A stretch of 64,000 bases of DNA from an uncultured bacterium (GCA_913009335.1 CAJVXN010000003.1:3899-67898), one strand, 5' to 3'. Positions 40,167 to 50,778 are shown, counted from the first letter of the stretch. Numbers and translations are program-made. The notes: generated by a model not told the origin, from the sequence alone.

Positions 40167-41684
40167 CTACTCTATATTGAATTTTTTATCCAGTATATTC
40201 TTAGCTGTCTTTCTATCATCAAAATGGATTTTTTTATTTTTTAATATCTGGTATTGTTCATGGCCCTTGCCGGCAATAAGAACGATATCCCCTTCTTCTG
40301 CCAGTGATAATGCCTTCGTGATGGCAGAATAACGCTCAAGGATAATATCACACTTATCCTTATTCTTAATCCCGGATAATATATCTTTTATTATACCCTG
40401 AGGGTTTTCATTCCGGGGATTATCCGATGTTATGATTACACTATCAGCCATATCCTCTGCGATACGCCCCATCTTGGCTCTTTTAGTAGTATCCCTATTG
40501 CCCCCGCATCCAAAAACAAGAATAAGCCTATTTTGTTTTATCTTTCCAAGCGTGGCTAAAACATTTTGTAGGGCATTTTCCGTATGGGCGTAATCAATAA
40601 ATACGCTAAAAGGATAATCTCCCTTAATTCTCTCTAGCCTTCCAGGAACTCCTTCTAAATTAGATATACCGGCAATTATATCTTCTGAGGCTATGTTTTC
40701 GCAAAACCCTACTGCGAACGCGGCAAGTATATTATAAACATTATGCCTGCCAATAAGACTTGCCCTGATTTTAAATTTAGCGTTTGAAGCTACAATATTA
40801 AATGTCATTCCCTCTGAGTCAAAATTTAAATCTTCTGCGCGGATATCAGAAGGTGTATCTATTGAATAAGTAATAATATTAGCCTGGGCTACCTTTATTA
40901 ATTTTTGTCCGTATTCATCATCAATATTTATCACAGCATGCGCATCTTTATTAAGTATTTTAAAAAGTTTTTTCTTTGCTGCGAAATAAGACATCTTATC
41001 CTTATGATAATCTAAGTGGTCGGAGGATAAATTTGTAAATATGGCATACTTAAAATTAATGCCTCCGACTCTTTCCTGTTCCAATGAATGACTGGAAACC
41101 TCTAAAACGCAATGACTCACATTGCTTTTTTTCATATCAGAAAGTATCTTTTGTAAAAATAAAGAACTAGGTGTTGTATTATTTGCTTTGATAACTTTAT
41201 CGTTAAAACGGTAATTTATTGTGCCAATTACTCCGGTATTGATATTTACCTGCTTAAAAATACTTTCCAGAATATAAGTTATTGTAGTCTTTCCGTTTGT
41301 TCCGGTTACTCCGATGCAATTTAATTGTTCTGACGGTGAGCCGTAAAATTCTACTGCCGCGCGAGAAAGGCTAACGCGCGCATCCTTCACATAAATTAAT
41401 GTTTTATTGATATTTTTTATTTTTTTATCACTTGATACGACTATTGCTTGAGCTCCTTTTTTTATTGCTTCTTCTATGAAATCACTTCCGTCAAGAGACT
41501 CACCCGTTATTGCAAAAAATAAAAAACCAAGACGTACATCTTTAGAATTATCCGTTATACCTCTTAGCGTAAAATCAGTTAGATTATCAATGTTGTCTGG
41601 TTTTATGTTTTTTATAATACGGGATAATTTCATAATAATGATAATTTTAGATTTAAAAAACTTATCTTTCCCTTGCCATCTCAA
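40167..41684 (-). CDS. murE: UDP-N-acetylmuramoyl-L-alanyl-D-glutamate--2,6-diaminopimelate ligase
   Basis: GVTGTNGKTT P-loop; DNPR motif (ITSDNPRNENP) typical of meso-DAP-adding MurE. Confidence 0.85.
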   Translation of the reverse strand: MRWQGKDKFFKSKIIIIMKLSRIIKNIKPDNIDNLTDFTLRGITDNSKDVRLGFLFFAITGESLDGSDFIEEAIKKGAQAIVVSSDKKIKNINKTLIYVKDARVSLSRAAVEFYGSPSEQLNCIGVTGTNGKTTITYILESIFKQVNINTGVIGTINYRFNDKVIKANNTTPSSLFLQKILSDMKKSNVSHCVLEVSSHSLEQERVGGINFKYAIFTNLSSDHLDYHKDKMSYFAAKKKLFKILNKDAHAVINIDDEYGQKLIKVAQANIITYSIDTPSDIRAEDLNFDSEGMTFNIVASNAKFKIRASLIGRHNVYNILAAFAVGFCENIASEDIIAGISNLEGVPGRLERIKGDYPFSVFIDYAHTENALQNVLATLGKIKQNRLILVFGCGGNRDTTKRAKMGRIAEDMADSVIITSDNPRNENPQGIIKDILSGIKNKDKCDIILERYSAITKALSLAEEGDIVLIAGKGHEQYQILKNKKIHFDDRKTAKNILDKKFNIE

Positions 41685-43353
41685 TGCCGCGGGATACCTG
41701 CAAATACTTCAAAACCTTATTGACAACCTTTTTAAACACGGGGGCAGATACCGTACCTCCGTAGTGCGTACCCTTTGGCTCATCCACTATCACCACAACA
41801 GCAATACGGGGATTATCTAAAGGCGCGAAGCCTAAAAACGTAGCGATAAATTTACTATTGGAATACCTGCCGTTTTCTACCTTTTGAGCCGTACCTGTTT
41901 TACCGGCTACCCTAAAGTTAGCCAGATTCGCTCTTCTTCCCGTACCTTCCGCTACAACCTGGGCCAAGATATTTTTCATTCTTCGGGAGGTTTCCTGAGA
42001 TATAACCCGGCGTAGTTTCTTAGGGGCAAATTCATTTATAATTTCGCCTGTTTTATCTACTATTTTACCAACAATATAGGGTTTATACAATACCCCTCCG
42101 TTAGCGATGATAGATATCATATTTGCCAACTGGATAGCTGTAACACATACTTCCTGTCCTATAGGTATTGCCCCAATTGAAGTCTTTGACCAGGTCTTAG
42201 GCGGCCTGAGGACACCTTTTACTTCGCCGGGAAGCTCAATACCCGTAAAAGAATTAAACCCAAAAAGTTTTGCGTATTTATATACTGTTTCTGCTCCCAG
42301 GAGTTGAGCGATTTTAGTAACTCCTATATTACTAGATTCTGAAATTACCTCAGTAAAGCTTAGCCATCCGTGCGGTTTATGATCACGCAGAATATGATTA
42401 CCGACTTTATACTTACCGTTCTCGCAGAAAAACTTATCCTCTTCACTAACGGCATTTTCCTCTAGCGCGGCAGAAGCTGTTACAATCTTAAATACCGAAC
42501 CCGGTTCGAAATAATCCGTAATCGCTCTATTACGCCGAGCCTCACTTTCAACGGCTTTATCATTCGGATCAAAAGTCGGCCGGTTAGCCATCGCAAGAAT
42601 TGCGCCTGTCTGCGGATTCATAACTACGATGATGGCACCCACGGCTTTTGATTTTCGATAGGCCTTATCTAATTCATATTCGGCTATAAACTGTATCTCC
42701 TGATCAATGGTTAAGACTAAATCATAGCCATCCCGCGGAGGGATAAATTTATCACTCATAAAAAGAGGCCGTTGCTTGGCATCTTTTATACTCTCACACC
42801 ACCCCGGCTCTCCCTTTAAATATTTATCGTATTTTAATTCCAGTCCCTCTAATCCGTTATTATCCAAACCCACAAACCCCAGTACATGGCTCGCAAGCTC
42901 ATTATTAGGATAACATCTTTTACTTTCTCTTATAAAACCTAAACCTTTAACATCTAATTCGTTAATATCCTCAACCTGCTGTCGGGATACTTTACGGGCA
43001 AGCCAGATAAAAGATTTCTTGCGCCTCAACCTATTCAGCAAAAAATCTTTTTCTAGGCCTAATATTGCCTCGAGCTCATCGGCAAGATAAATTTTATCCT
43101 CAATCTCTGAAGGCACAGCATAGAGAGAATCAGCGGCAATATTATAACTTAAAGATTTTAAGTCTCTATCAAATATAGTTCCTCTTACAGGCTCTAATTC
43201 CGTGTAGAAATTATGCTGTTTTTCGGCAAGTTCTGTCAGATAGTCGGATCTGAAACATTGGATAAAAAAAAGGCGCAATACTAATAGAAACAAAAAAGCA
43301 AGAAAGGAAAAAACAACAGCATAGAAGCGAAAGTGATGCTTTCGTATATACAC
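41662..43353 (-). CDS. ftsI: Penicillin-binding protein (FtsI / PBP3-type transpeptidase)
   Basis: SxxK (GSVFK), SxN (SESSN), KTG (AGKTGTAQ) active-site triad; N-terminal TM anchor. Confidence 0.85.
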   Translation of the reverse strand: MYIRKHHFRFYAVVFSFLAFLFLLVLRLFFIQCFRSDYLTELAEKQHNFYTELEPVRGTIFDRDLKSLSYNIAADSLYAVPSEIEDKIYLADELEAILGLEKDFLLNRLRRKKSFIWLARKVSRQQVEDINELDVKGLGFIRESKRCYPNNELASHVLGFVGLDNNGLEGLELKYDKYLKGEPGWCESIKDAKQRPLFMSDKFIPPRDGYDLVLTIDQEIQFIAEYELDKAYRKSKAVGAIIVVMNPQTGAILAMANRPTFDPNDKAVESEARRNRAITDYFEPGSVFKIVTASAALEENAVSEEDKFFCENGKYKVGNHILRDHKPHGWLSFTEVISESSNIGVTKIAQLLGAETVYKYAKLFGFNSFTGIELPGEVKGVLRPPKTWSKTSIGAIPIGQEVCVTAIQLANMISIIANGGVLYKPYIVGKIVDKTGEIINEFAPKKLRRVISQETSRRMKNILAQVVAEGTGRRANLANFRVAGKTGTAQKVENGRYSNSKFIATFLGFAPLDNPRIAVVVIVDEPKGTHYGGTVSAPVFKKVVNKVLKYLQVSRGIEMARER

Positions 43354-43401
43354 GATAAGGTACCGACTTTAAATTGTTATAGTAATAATAAGAATTGCTT
43401 G

Positions 43402-43800
43402 TTATTTAGTCTGCGCTTGGGCCTGAGATTTAGGGCTAAATAAACTCAAAAATATACTCTGCCGGTTCTTCACAGATAATTCTTGAGCCCGCTGTCGGCT
43501 AAGTGAGGTTAGCTCTAACTTCCTTTTGGCATTTGCGTCCCTTAGATCAATTATCTGGGAGAAATGAGGTATTTCATAATTAGCTTCAAAAGTGCTAAGA
43601 TGCTTAGTCAGATTACCCGACGATGCCAACGACATTAAATTATACCTCAAAAACATATTCTGGTCAAGAAGTTGGCGAGACAACCTAAGCTTCTCTTGCT
43701 TTTTGTAAGATAGCTTAACTATCTGGGTTTGCTGACATACGTAGAATAAAGAACAGCAAGTAACCAGTAAAATTACACTTATAATCCGCGAAATTTTCAT
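43402..43800 (-). CDS. ftsL: FtsL-like small bitopic cell-division protein
   Basis: 132 aa, N-terminal TM then coiled-coil; canonical position between rsmH and ftsI. Confidence 0.45.
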   Translation of the reverse strand: MKISRIISVILLVTCCSLFYVCQQTQIVKLSYKKQEKLRLSRQLLDQNMFLRYNLMSLASSGNLTKHLSTFEANYEIPHFSQIIDLRDANAKRKLELTSLSRQRAQELSVKNRQSIFLSLFSPKSQAQAQTK

Positions 43801-44771
43801 TCTAATCTCTCAATTGTCCTTAATTTTGCAGAACGAGAGCGTGGGTTATCTTCTATTTCCTCCGGACTTGCGATTTCCGGCTTTGCCCGAATATCTGAGA
43901 TTCCGGACTTTGCCTGAATTAATTTGGCCCGCGCTTCCTTAACGAATCTTTTAAACGTATTCTTTGCTATTTTATCCTCCAGCGAATGAAACGAAATAAC
44001 GCTTATGCGGCCGCCGATATTTAAATAATCCAAAGATTTTCTCAAGGCCTCTTCAATTGATTCAAGTTCTCTGTTTACGGCAATCCTTAAAGCCTGAAAT
44101 GTCCTGGTCGCCGGATGTATCCTGGAGCGATTAAAACCCTTAGGTATTGCCCTTATAATAATAGAGCTTAACTGTCCTGTAGTTGCAATCGGCTGGGCAT
44201 TACGCGCGCTAACCATATATCTGGCTATGCGATTATGCCATCTTTCCTGACCGAATGTTTTAATTATGGAAGATATTTCATCTTCCGTAAGATTATTTAC
44301 TAAATCATAGGCGGAGATATAGCTTGATTGATCCATGCGCATGTCAAGCGGCGCGTCATTCTTAATACTAAAGCCGCGCTCGGGAGTATCTAACTGATAC
44401 GAAGAAATCCCTAAATCAAACAACATGGCATCCACCTTATCTACTCCTGCCGTATTTAAAATATCACCTATATTACGAAAATTATTATGCACTAAAGTTA
44501 CCGCGTCCGTGAAACTCGCAAGCCTTTGCCTGCTGTAATCTAAAGACTCCTTATCACGGTCTACTCCGATAAGCCTGCCTTTCGGCATGATTTTTTTAAG
44601 AATAAGCTCACTGTGCCCCCCGGTACCGATAGTGCAATCAAGTACTACGCATCCCGGCCTTAAATTTAAAGATTCACTAACTTCCACGCTCATCACCGGT
44701 TTATGCTCCATTTTAAAAGTCTTTAACCCTTCGACTTCACTCAGGATTAATGGTGAGTGCAATCGAACCAT
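43797..44771 (-). CDS. rsmH: 16S rRNA (cytosine1402-N4)-methyltransferase
   Basis: GCVVLDCTIGTGGHSELIL SAM motif. The N-terminal 20 codons run through a 50-bp repeat; the true start may be MEHKPV. Confidence 0.85.
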   Translation of the reverse strand: MVRLHSPLILSEVEGLKTFKMEHKPVMSVEVSESLNLRPGCVVLDCTIGTGGHSELILKKIMPKGRLIGVDRDKESLDYSRQRLASFTDAVTLVHNNFRNIGDILNTAGVDKVDAMLFDLGISSYQLDTPERGFSIKNDAPLDMRMDQSSYISAYDLVNNLTEDEISSIIKTFGQERWHNRIARYMVSARNAQPIATTGQLSSIIIRAIPKGFNRSRIHPATRTFQALRIAVNRELESIEEALRKSLDYLNIGGRISVISFHSLEDKIAKNTFKRFVKEARAKLIQAKSGISDIRAKPEIASPEEIEDNPRSRSAKLRTIERLE

Positions 44772-44946
44772 TAATATTTAATGCTAAATTAACACGCATT
44801 TTTTAAACGCTCTCTTCAATGAGACCACAATTTAGAGAACAAAGTGAACCTAAATTGTTTGCTCGAATTGATCCCGCCGAATACTTGAAAATTATCGTGA
44901 GAGAATTTTCAAGTAAGCTCATGAGGCGGGACACTTCCTCAATACT

Positions 44947-45381
44947 CTACTCAACAAGCTTCTCAGCTGTCTGCTCAAAGTCTTCCCGGGCAGAATCATA
45001 AAATTCAGCCCAGGCGCCCTTATCCCAGATCTCAATTCTATTTGCCACACCAATAATAACTATATCTCTTTTAATTGAGGCGAAATCTTTTAAATACTGC
45101 GGCAGTAAAATCCTGCCCTGTTTATCCGGAACTACCTCAACAGCTCCTGAAAAATATATGCGGTTGAATTTTCTGGCTTCTTGCTTGGTAAAAGGCATAG
45201 ATTTAAATTTTTGTTCCTGAGCGCGCCATTCATCTTCAGCAAACATAAACAGACAGCTATCCAGACCCCGGGTAACGAAGAATTTTTCTACAAAATTAGC
45301 CTTAGCGGCATCCCGGATCTTCGACGGGAGAATAATCCTCCCCTTCCTATCAGTTGTATGCTTATACTCACCGTAAAACAT
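44947..45381 (-). CDS. mraZ: Transcriptional regulator MraZ
   Basis: Two DxxxR modules (TDRKGRIILP and PDKQGRILLP); first gene of the dcw cluster. Confidence 0.85.
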   Translation of the reverse strand: MFYGEYKHTTDRKGRIILPSKIRDAAKANFVEKFFVTRGLDSCLFMFAEDEWRAQEQKFKSMPFTKQEARKFNRIYFSGAVEVVPDKQGRILLPQYLKDFASIKRDIVIIGVANRIEIWDKGAWAEFYDSAREDFEQTAEKLVE

Positions 45382-45965
45382 TCTTACTCCCTTTTATTCC
45401 ACTTTCCTCCACTTATAGCCAAGTATAGATAAATTTACCAGCCCTGTCAAGACAAAACTTTTAGTTATTAAGGCTAAAATTGAGCTTAACTGCATATACC
45501 ACAACAGGTAGTATAAAATTATCCCTGAGACCGAAAATATAGGGGCAAAATCGAAAACTAGTTTTTAGGGAAATTTCGGAGAATTTTGAGAAAACGGAGA
45601 TTTAAGGAAAAAATCGTTGGTTTTTGATATATCAAGAAACTAATCAGAATAAATTTCAAAGCTAACCAGGATATATTTAAAAGTTGATCCTAATAGCTTT
45701 AGAAGTTAACCATGTTAGATTTAAAAAGCAAAACCCTAAGCTGGAAATATTATAGATACATGTATTGATAGCGCAAAATAAATAGTCCGCTGGTTGAAGC
45801 CGGGCTTCAACCAATAATTTAAGCAATAAACGAGCATATTAAGTTTCATAGAAAAATTCATAGAAAAATTCTTTATTTTTATATAAAAACTGCTATACTG
45901 TTACGTGCTGCTGGAAACATAAAAATGTCCGGCGGAAAATATAAAACAAAAAGGAGGTGAATTAG

Positions 45966-46124
45966 ATGGCAGATAAAAAACAGCTTACAGGATACTGCGT
46001 AAAATGCAAAGCTAAAAAAGAAATATCTGAGTCCCAAGAAGTAACAATGAAGAATGGCAGAAAAGCACTTAAAGGAAAATGCCCTGATTGTGGAACAGGT
46101 ATGTATAGAATACTTGGCAAGTAA
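45966..46124 (+). CDS. Small zinc-ribbon protein (52 aa, CxxC...CxxC), not in the ORF track
   Basis: Strong RBS AAAGGAGGTG 6 nt upstream of the ATG; MADKKQLTGYCVKCKAKKEISESQEVTMKNGRKALKGKCPDCGTGMYRILGK; TGnTATACT extended -10 about 70 nt upstream. Confidence 0.5.
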   Translation: MADKKQLTGYCVKCKAKKEISESQEVTMKNGRKALKGKCPDCGTGMYRILGK

Positions 46125-46303
46125 TACGTGGCTATCTTTTTCGTATATAACCGCTCGGTTATATACGAGCAAAAAATATAATAATTATTCCGATACCTCT
46201 ATATTGGATAAGAGGTATACGTGTATCGATTACTAACGGAAGTAAATTATATATTCCACAAGATAACCAAAACCTCCGATTCTTTAGAATCAAAAGCTAA
46301 AAT

Positions 46304-47239
46304 ATGCTTACTGCGAAAAACGTCACAAAATATTTTGGTGGGTTTCAAGCACTAAAGGATATCTCTTTTGAAATTAACAAAGGGGATATTGTCGGCTTCT
46401 TGGGTCAAAATGGTGCCGGTAAAACCACACTGATGCGTATTTTAACTTCTTATCTTCCTGCTACTTCCGGCAGGGTTATCATCGCTGGCGAAGATGTGAC
46501 CAAAAACTCTCTGGCTATCCGAAAAAAAATAGGATACCTGCCTGAAAATCCTCCGCTTTATGTTGATATGACGACGAGGGATTATCTTAAATTTGCCGCG
46601 CAAATAAAAGATGTTCCCTCTAAACAACAACACTCCCAAATAGATAAAGTCTTAACGGAATGCGATCTCAAGGGCGTCCAGAATAAAACTATCCGTTTTC
46701 TTTCCAAAGGATATAAACAACGCGTGGGTATCGCCCAGGCCATAATTAACGATCCCGAAATTTTAATATTAGATGAACCTACAATCGGCCTTGATCCGGT
46801 CCAAATTATTCAAGTGCGCAATCTGATTAAAAACTTAGAGTACAAAAGAACCGTAATTTTAAGCACTCACATCCTCCCAGAGATCCAGCAGATTGCGAAA
46901 AGAGTTTTAATTATTAAAGCAGGTGAAATTATTGTTGATAAATACCTCAAGGAGCTTTTTGAAAAACAAGGCGGACAACAAAAGGTATTTCTTCGCGTTA
47001 AAGGAAAAAAAGATCAAATTGAACGGGCAATCAAAGAAATCACTAATTTCAAACAGATAGATATCAACTCTTGCGATGACCTACATTCAATAAAATTAGA
47101 GATAATCAATAACGTCGGGCACTATAACGAATTGACAGATAAAATCTCAAAAACAAATAGCTATATCCTGGAAATAAAAGAAATTGAATCAAGCCTTGAG
47201 GATGTATTCCTGGGGTTGCATTCCACCAAAACCGACTAA
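46304..47239 (+). CDS. ABC transporter ATP-binding protein (ABC-2/GldA-like)
   Basis: Walker A GQNGAGKTT, signature LSKGYKQR, Walker B ILILDEPT. Confidence 0.8.
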   Translation: MLTAKNVTKYFGGFQALKDISFEINKGDIVGFLGQNGAGKTTLMRILTSYLPATSGRVIIAGEDVTKNSLAIRKKIGYLPENPPLYVDMTTRDYLKFAAQIKDVPSKQQHSQIDKVLTECDLKGVQNKTIRFLSKGYKQRVGIAQAIINDPEILILDEPTIGLDPVQIIQVRNLIKNLEYKRTVILSTHILPEIQQIAKRVLIIKAGEIIVDKYLKELFEKQGGQQKVFLRVKGKKDQIERAIKEITNFKQIDINSCDDLHSIKLEIINNVGHYNELTDKISKTNSYILEIKEIESSLEDVFLGLHSTKTD

Positions 47240-47244
47240 TCGTT

Positions 47245-47955
47245 ATGAGTAAAATTATCGCAATAGCTAAAAAAGAGCTAAAATCATATTTCAGCTCACC
47301 TATTGCCTATATTGTTTTAATTATTACTATTTCTGTTTTTAACATATTCTTTTTTATGATCATTGATCAAAACAGAGAAGCTACCTTGCGCGATATCTTT
47401 CAAATCATGGAATTCCTATTTATCTTTATCGTCCCTCTTTTAACTATGAAGATATTCTCGGAAGAAAAACTTACCGGGACCATGGAATTCTTAATGACAA
47501 CTCCCACAAGCACTACCGCTATTGTTCTCGGCAAATATCTGGGGAGTTTGATATTTTTTACTCTGATTATCGGCTTAACATCAAGCTATTATTTTATTAT
47601 TGAGCTTTTCGGCCGGCCTGATAGATTAGCGATGTTAGTGGGATATTTAGGCATCTGGATAGAAGGAGCCTTATTCATTGCCATTGGCATGCTAGCTTCT
47701 TCATGGACAAAAAGTCAAATCATCGCCGCAATGAGCTCGTATATAACGTTATTTTTGTTATATTTCTCGATAAGCTTTATTAAGTATTTTAGCGGCACAG
47801 CAGAAACCTTGATCCGGTATATTGGTACATGGAGTCATGCCGAGAATTTCTCTGTCGGCTTAATCACAACAGGCGATCTGGTTTACTACGTAAGTGGAAT
47901 TATTATTTGTATCGCGCTAACCAAGCTGAGCATTGAAAATAGATTATGGCGCTAA
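47245..47955 (+). CDS. ABC-2 family transporter permease (GldF-like)
   Basis: 236 aa, 6 predicted TM helices, immediately downstream of the ATPase. Confidence 0.6.
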   Translation: MSKIIAIAKKELKSYFSSPIAYIVLIITISVFNIFFFMIIDQNREATLRDIFQIMEFLFIFIVPLLTMKIFSEEKLTGTMEFLMTTPTSTTAIVLGKYLGSLIFFTLIIGLTSSYYFIIELFGRPDRLAMLVGYLGIWIEGALFIAIGMLASSWTKSQIIAAMSSYITLFLLYFSISFIKYFSGTAETLIRYIGTWSHAENFSVGLITTGDLVYYVSGIIICIALTKLSIENRLWR

Positions 47956-49547
47956 ATAAAAATCACAAAAGTCTTTCGTTATTGCTTACGATAGGAGTTA
48001 CTTGCCTTCTATACAGTCTCGGGACCTCCTATATAGAAAATCATTTTGACAAACTAAGAACCATTGTTTCGTTAGTCGGTTTATTTTCTATTTTGGTTTG
48101 CATTTTTACGTTAAAACAAAAGACGCAAAAATTAATAAAAACTTCTCAATGGAAAAAATATACTTTTATCGTATTTATAGTCGTGCTCTCTTTGTCCCTT
48201 CTTGTGGGAATTAACTACCTATCTTACCGTTACAACTTACGCTGGGATATAACCAAATCCAAACAACACACCCTCTCAGAAAGCACAACCCTATTTATTC
48301 AAGGACTAGAGAAACAGGTTCAAATAACAGCCTTCTATGTTGGGATGCCTCCGAAGTATCTAGAGGACCTGTTTAAAGAATACACTCGACTATCAAACGG
48401 CAAAATCAAAACCGAAATCATCGATCCCATCGTAGAGATCAGCTACGCCGCGCAATTCGGCAGCATTATCAGCGGAAAAGAAAGAAAGGTTATCGTGCTC
48501 TCCGGTGAAGAACGCCAGGATATTGATTTTACCAAACATCCATTAAACGAAGAACACTTAACAAACATCATTATTCAGGTAGCAAGAGATAAACGCGTAA
48601 TCTATTTTCTAACCGGCCATGGAGAATCCGATGTTTTAAATAAAGATGCTAATGGATTAAGCATATTAGTAAAATTATTAGGCACAAACAATGTAGAGAT
48701 AAAAGAACTAATGCTGGGGACAAAAGAAGAAATCCCCGAGGATTGCGATGTTCTTATCGTTGCCGGTGCGAAAAACCCATTGACAGAAACAGAGAAAACA
48801 ATTATCATGGGATATTTAGACAAGGGCGGAGATGCCTTATTTTTAATAGAAAATACGCCTGTTGCTGCATCTGATAAACCCCTGACAGAAGAAGAAAAGC
48901 GTAAGAATCCACCTTTGAATGACATCCTCAACCGATGGGGAATAAAAGTTGCCAATGATCTTGTCGTAGATTTAGACAACCATATAAGCGGAGATGTAGG
49001 TATTCCTGCTACCCGCAATTATATGTTAGGCGCGCCGATTGTTCAGAACCTGGATTATACCTTTTATGTGCGTCCTCGCTCAATCTCAATTTTAGAAAAC
49101 CGGCGTCCGACGATTAAAGTAGCTAGTCTAGTTTCAACCTCTTCAGAAAAAAATAGCTGGGGTGAAACCGACAAAGCTCTGCAGATTAAATTTGATCAAG
49201 GAATAGATAACCCGGGACCGGTTTCAATTGCCTCTATCATTTGGGAGGCAAAACAAAAAATAGAATCACCCGATGCGCTCAGAGGTACACGGATTATTGT
49301 TTTTACCGATGCGGATTTCTTAAGCAATGCTTTTATCGCCCAGTACAGCAATGCTGAAATGGGCCTAAATGTGATTAATTGGCTCTCTGAATTGGATCAG
49401 CGTGTTTTTATTGATCAAAAGGAAATCCGGGTCGATCGGCTTGATTTAACCAGTAAGCAAAAACGCATGATAGCTGTTCTTCTTTTAGTTATGCCTATTA
49501 TTATTGCTACAGGAGGAATAATAACCTGGCTCAAACAAAAAAGCTAA
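47946..49547 (+). CDS. ABC-transport auxiliary component (GldG-like) with N- and C-terminal TM anchors
   Basis: Size, bitopic topology and position in an ATPase-permease-auxiliary triplet match GldG. Confidence 0.45.
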   Translation: MALNKNHKSLSLLLTIGVTCLLYSLGTSYIENHFDKLRTIVSLVGLFSILVCIFTLKQKTQKLIKTSQWKKYTFIVFIVVLSLSLLVGINYLSYRYNLRWDITKSKQHTLSESTTLFIQGLEKQVQITAFYVGMPPKYLEDLFKEYTRLSNGKIKTEIIDPIVEISYAAQFGSIISGKERKVIVLSGEERQDIDFTKHPLNEEHLTNIIIQVARDKRVIYFLTGHGESDVLNKDANGLSILVKLLGTNNVEIKELMLGTKEEIPEDCDVLIVAGAKNPLTETEKTIIMGYLDKGGDALFLIENTPVAASDKPLTEEEKRKNPPLNDILNRWGIKVANDLVVDLDNHISGDVGIPATRNYMLGAPIVQNLDYTFYVRPRSISILENRRPTIKVASLVSTSSEKNSWGETDKALQIKFDQGIDNPGPVSIASIIWEAKQKIESPDALRGTRIIVFTDADFLSNAFIAQYSNAEMGLNVINWLSELDQRVFIDQKEIRVDRLDLTSKQKRMIAVLLLVMPIIIATGGIITWLKQKS

Positions 49548-49644
49548 AAAAAAGAACACCTAAAAAGTTACAAACTTAAGAATATATAATACCTAGAAAC
49601 TTAATAAAAGCAACGCGTCGAAAACCTAAGAAAGAGTACATATT

Positions 49645-50736
49645 ATGCCTGATAGTTTAAAACCACTTATACTCGGAGATTTAGAGATAAAAATACCAAT
49701 CGTTCAAGGCGGCATGGGACTTCAGGTCTCAACAGCTCCTTTAGCCGGCGCAGTCGCGAATTGCGGCGGAGCAGGAACAATTGCCAGTGTTGGACTTGGT
49801 TTTGGTACAGATGAAAATGAAGTAGATTTCGTTAAAGCCTCAAGAGAAGGCATAGAACGACAAATGCGGCGCACCTGGGAATTAACCAAAGGTGTTGTGG
49901 GAGTGAATGCCCTGGTTGCCTTAAACAACTATGAAGATTTAGTAAGAACCTCAATTAAAGAAAAGGCTGATTTTATTGTTTCCGGGGCGGGCCTGCCATT
50001 AAGATTACCGGAATTTGCCGAAGGCAGCAATGCTAAGCTTATACCGATAGTATCATCCGGCAGAGCAGCAACTATTATGATTAAAACATGGAAAAGACGA
50101 TATAATCGCCCACCCGATGCCTTTGTTGTTGAAGGTCCCTTAGCAGGCGGACATCTAGGTTTTTCATTTAAAGACCTAGAATCGTCGCAAAAAAATCCTC
50201 TGGAAGATTTAGTAAAAGAGGTTTTAGAAGTCACAGACGCATATGAAAAAGATTCCGGCGTCAAGATACCTGTCATAGCCGCGGGAGGGATATACGACGG
50301 TAAAGATATGGCCAAATTTTTAAAGATGGGCGTAAGCGGAGTTCAAATAGCGACTCGCTTCGTTGCTACTTTTGAATGCGATGTATCGGATAAATTTAAG
50401 CAGCTATATATTGACGCGAAACCGGAAGATGTTGTTATTATAAAAAGTCCTGTTGGCATGCCCGGGAGATCCCTAAAAACTAAACTTGTTGAAGATGTTG
50501 TGCGGGGTAAAAGAGAATTAATAAAATGTAACTACCGTTGTCTTAAAACATGTAACCCCGGCACCACACCTTACTGTATTATGCACGCTTTGTATAATGC
50601 GGTAATCGGCGATATTGATCATGCGGTTGTCTTTGCGGGGAGTAACGCCGCGAGAGTAACAAAGATCGTATCCGTAAAAGAAGTAATGGATGAAATTGTT
50701 AGCGAGACTATTGAAGAATTAGGAAAGATGAATTAG
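49645..50736 (+). CDS. FMN-dependent NMO-family oxidoreductase (nitronate monooxygenase / 2-nitropropane dioxygenase-like)
   Basis: IPIVQGGMGLQVSTAPLAGAVANCGGAGTIA motif; C-terminal CNYRCLKTCNPGTTPYC cluster; paralog of the C-terminal half of 2558-4459. Confidence 0.7.
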   Translation: MPDSLKPLILGDLEIKIPIVQGGMGLQVSTAPLAGAVANCGGAGTIASVGLGFGTDENEVDFVKASREGIERQMRRTWELTKGVVGVNALVALNNYEDLVRTSIKEKADFIVSGAGLPLRLPEFAEGSNAKLIPIVSSGRAATIMIKTWKRRYNRPPDAFVVEGPLAGGHLGFSFKDLESSQKNPLEDLVKEVLEVTDAYEKDSGVKIPVIAAGGIYDGKDMAKFLKMGVSGVQIATRFVATFECDVSDKFKQLYIDAKPEDVVIIKSPVGMPGRSLKTKLVEDVVRGKRELIKCNYRCLKTCNPGTTPYCIMHALYNAVIGDIDHAVVFAGSNAARVTKIVSVKEVMDEIVSETIEELGKMN

Positions 50737-50778
50737 AACTGTCACATCCTAGAAATAGATATCGGAAAAACTCACAAT

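Noticed and set aside
44819-45001. 60-aa plus-strand ORF between mraZ and rsmH
   Set aside because: Lies over the structured palindromic repeat (44865-44932) and the mraZ 3' end. More likely a noncoding structured spacer inside the dcw operon.
45879-46172. 97-aa minus-strand ORF and 60-aa plus ORF (46054-46236) from the track
   Set aside because: They overlap the better-supported 52-codon zinc-ribbon gene, which has a strong RBS, on the opposite strand or out of frame. Hydrophobic/low-complexity translations and no RBS.
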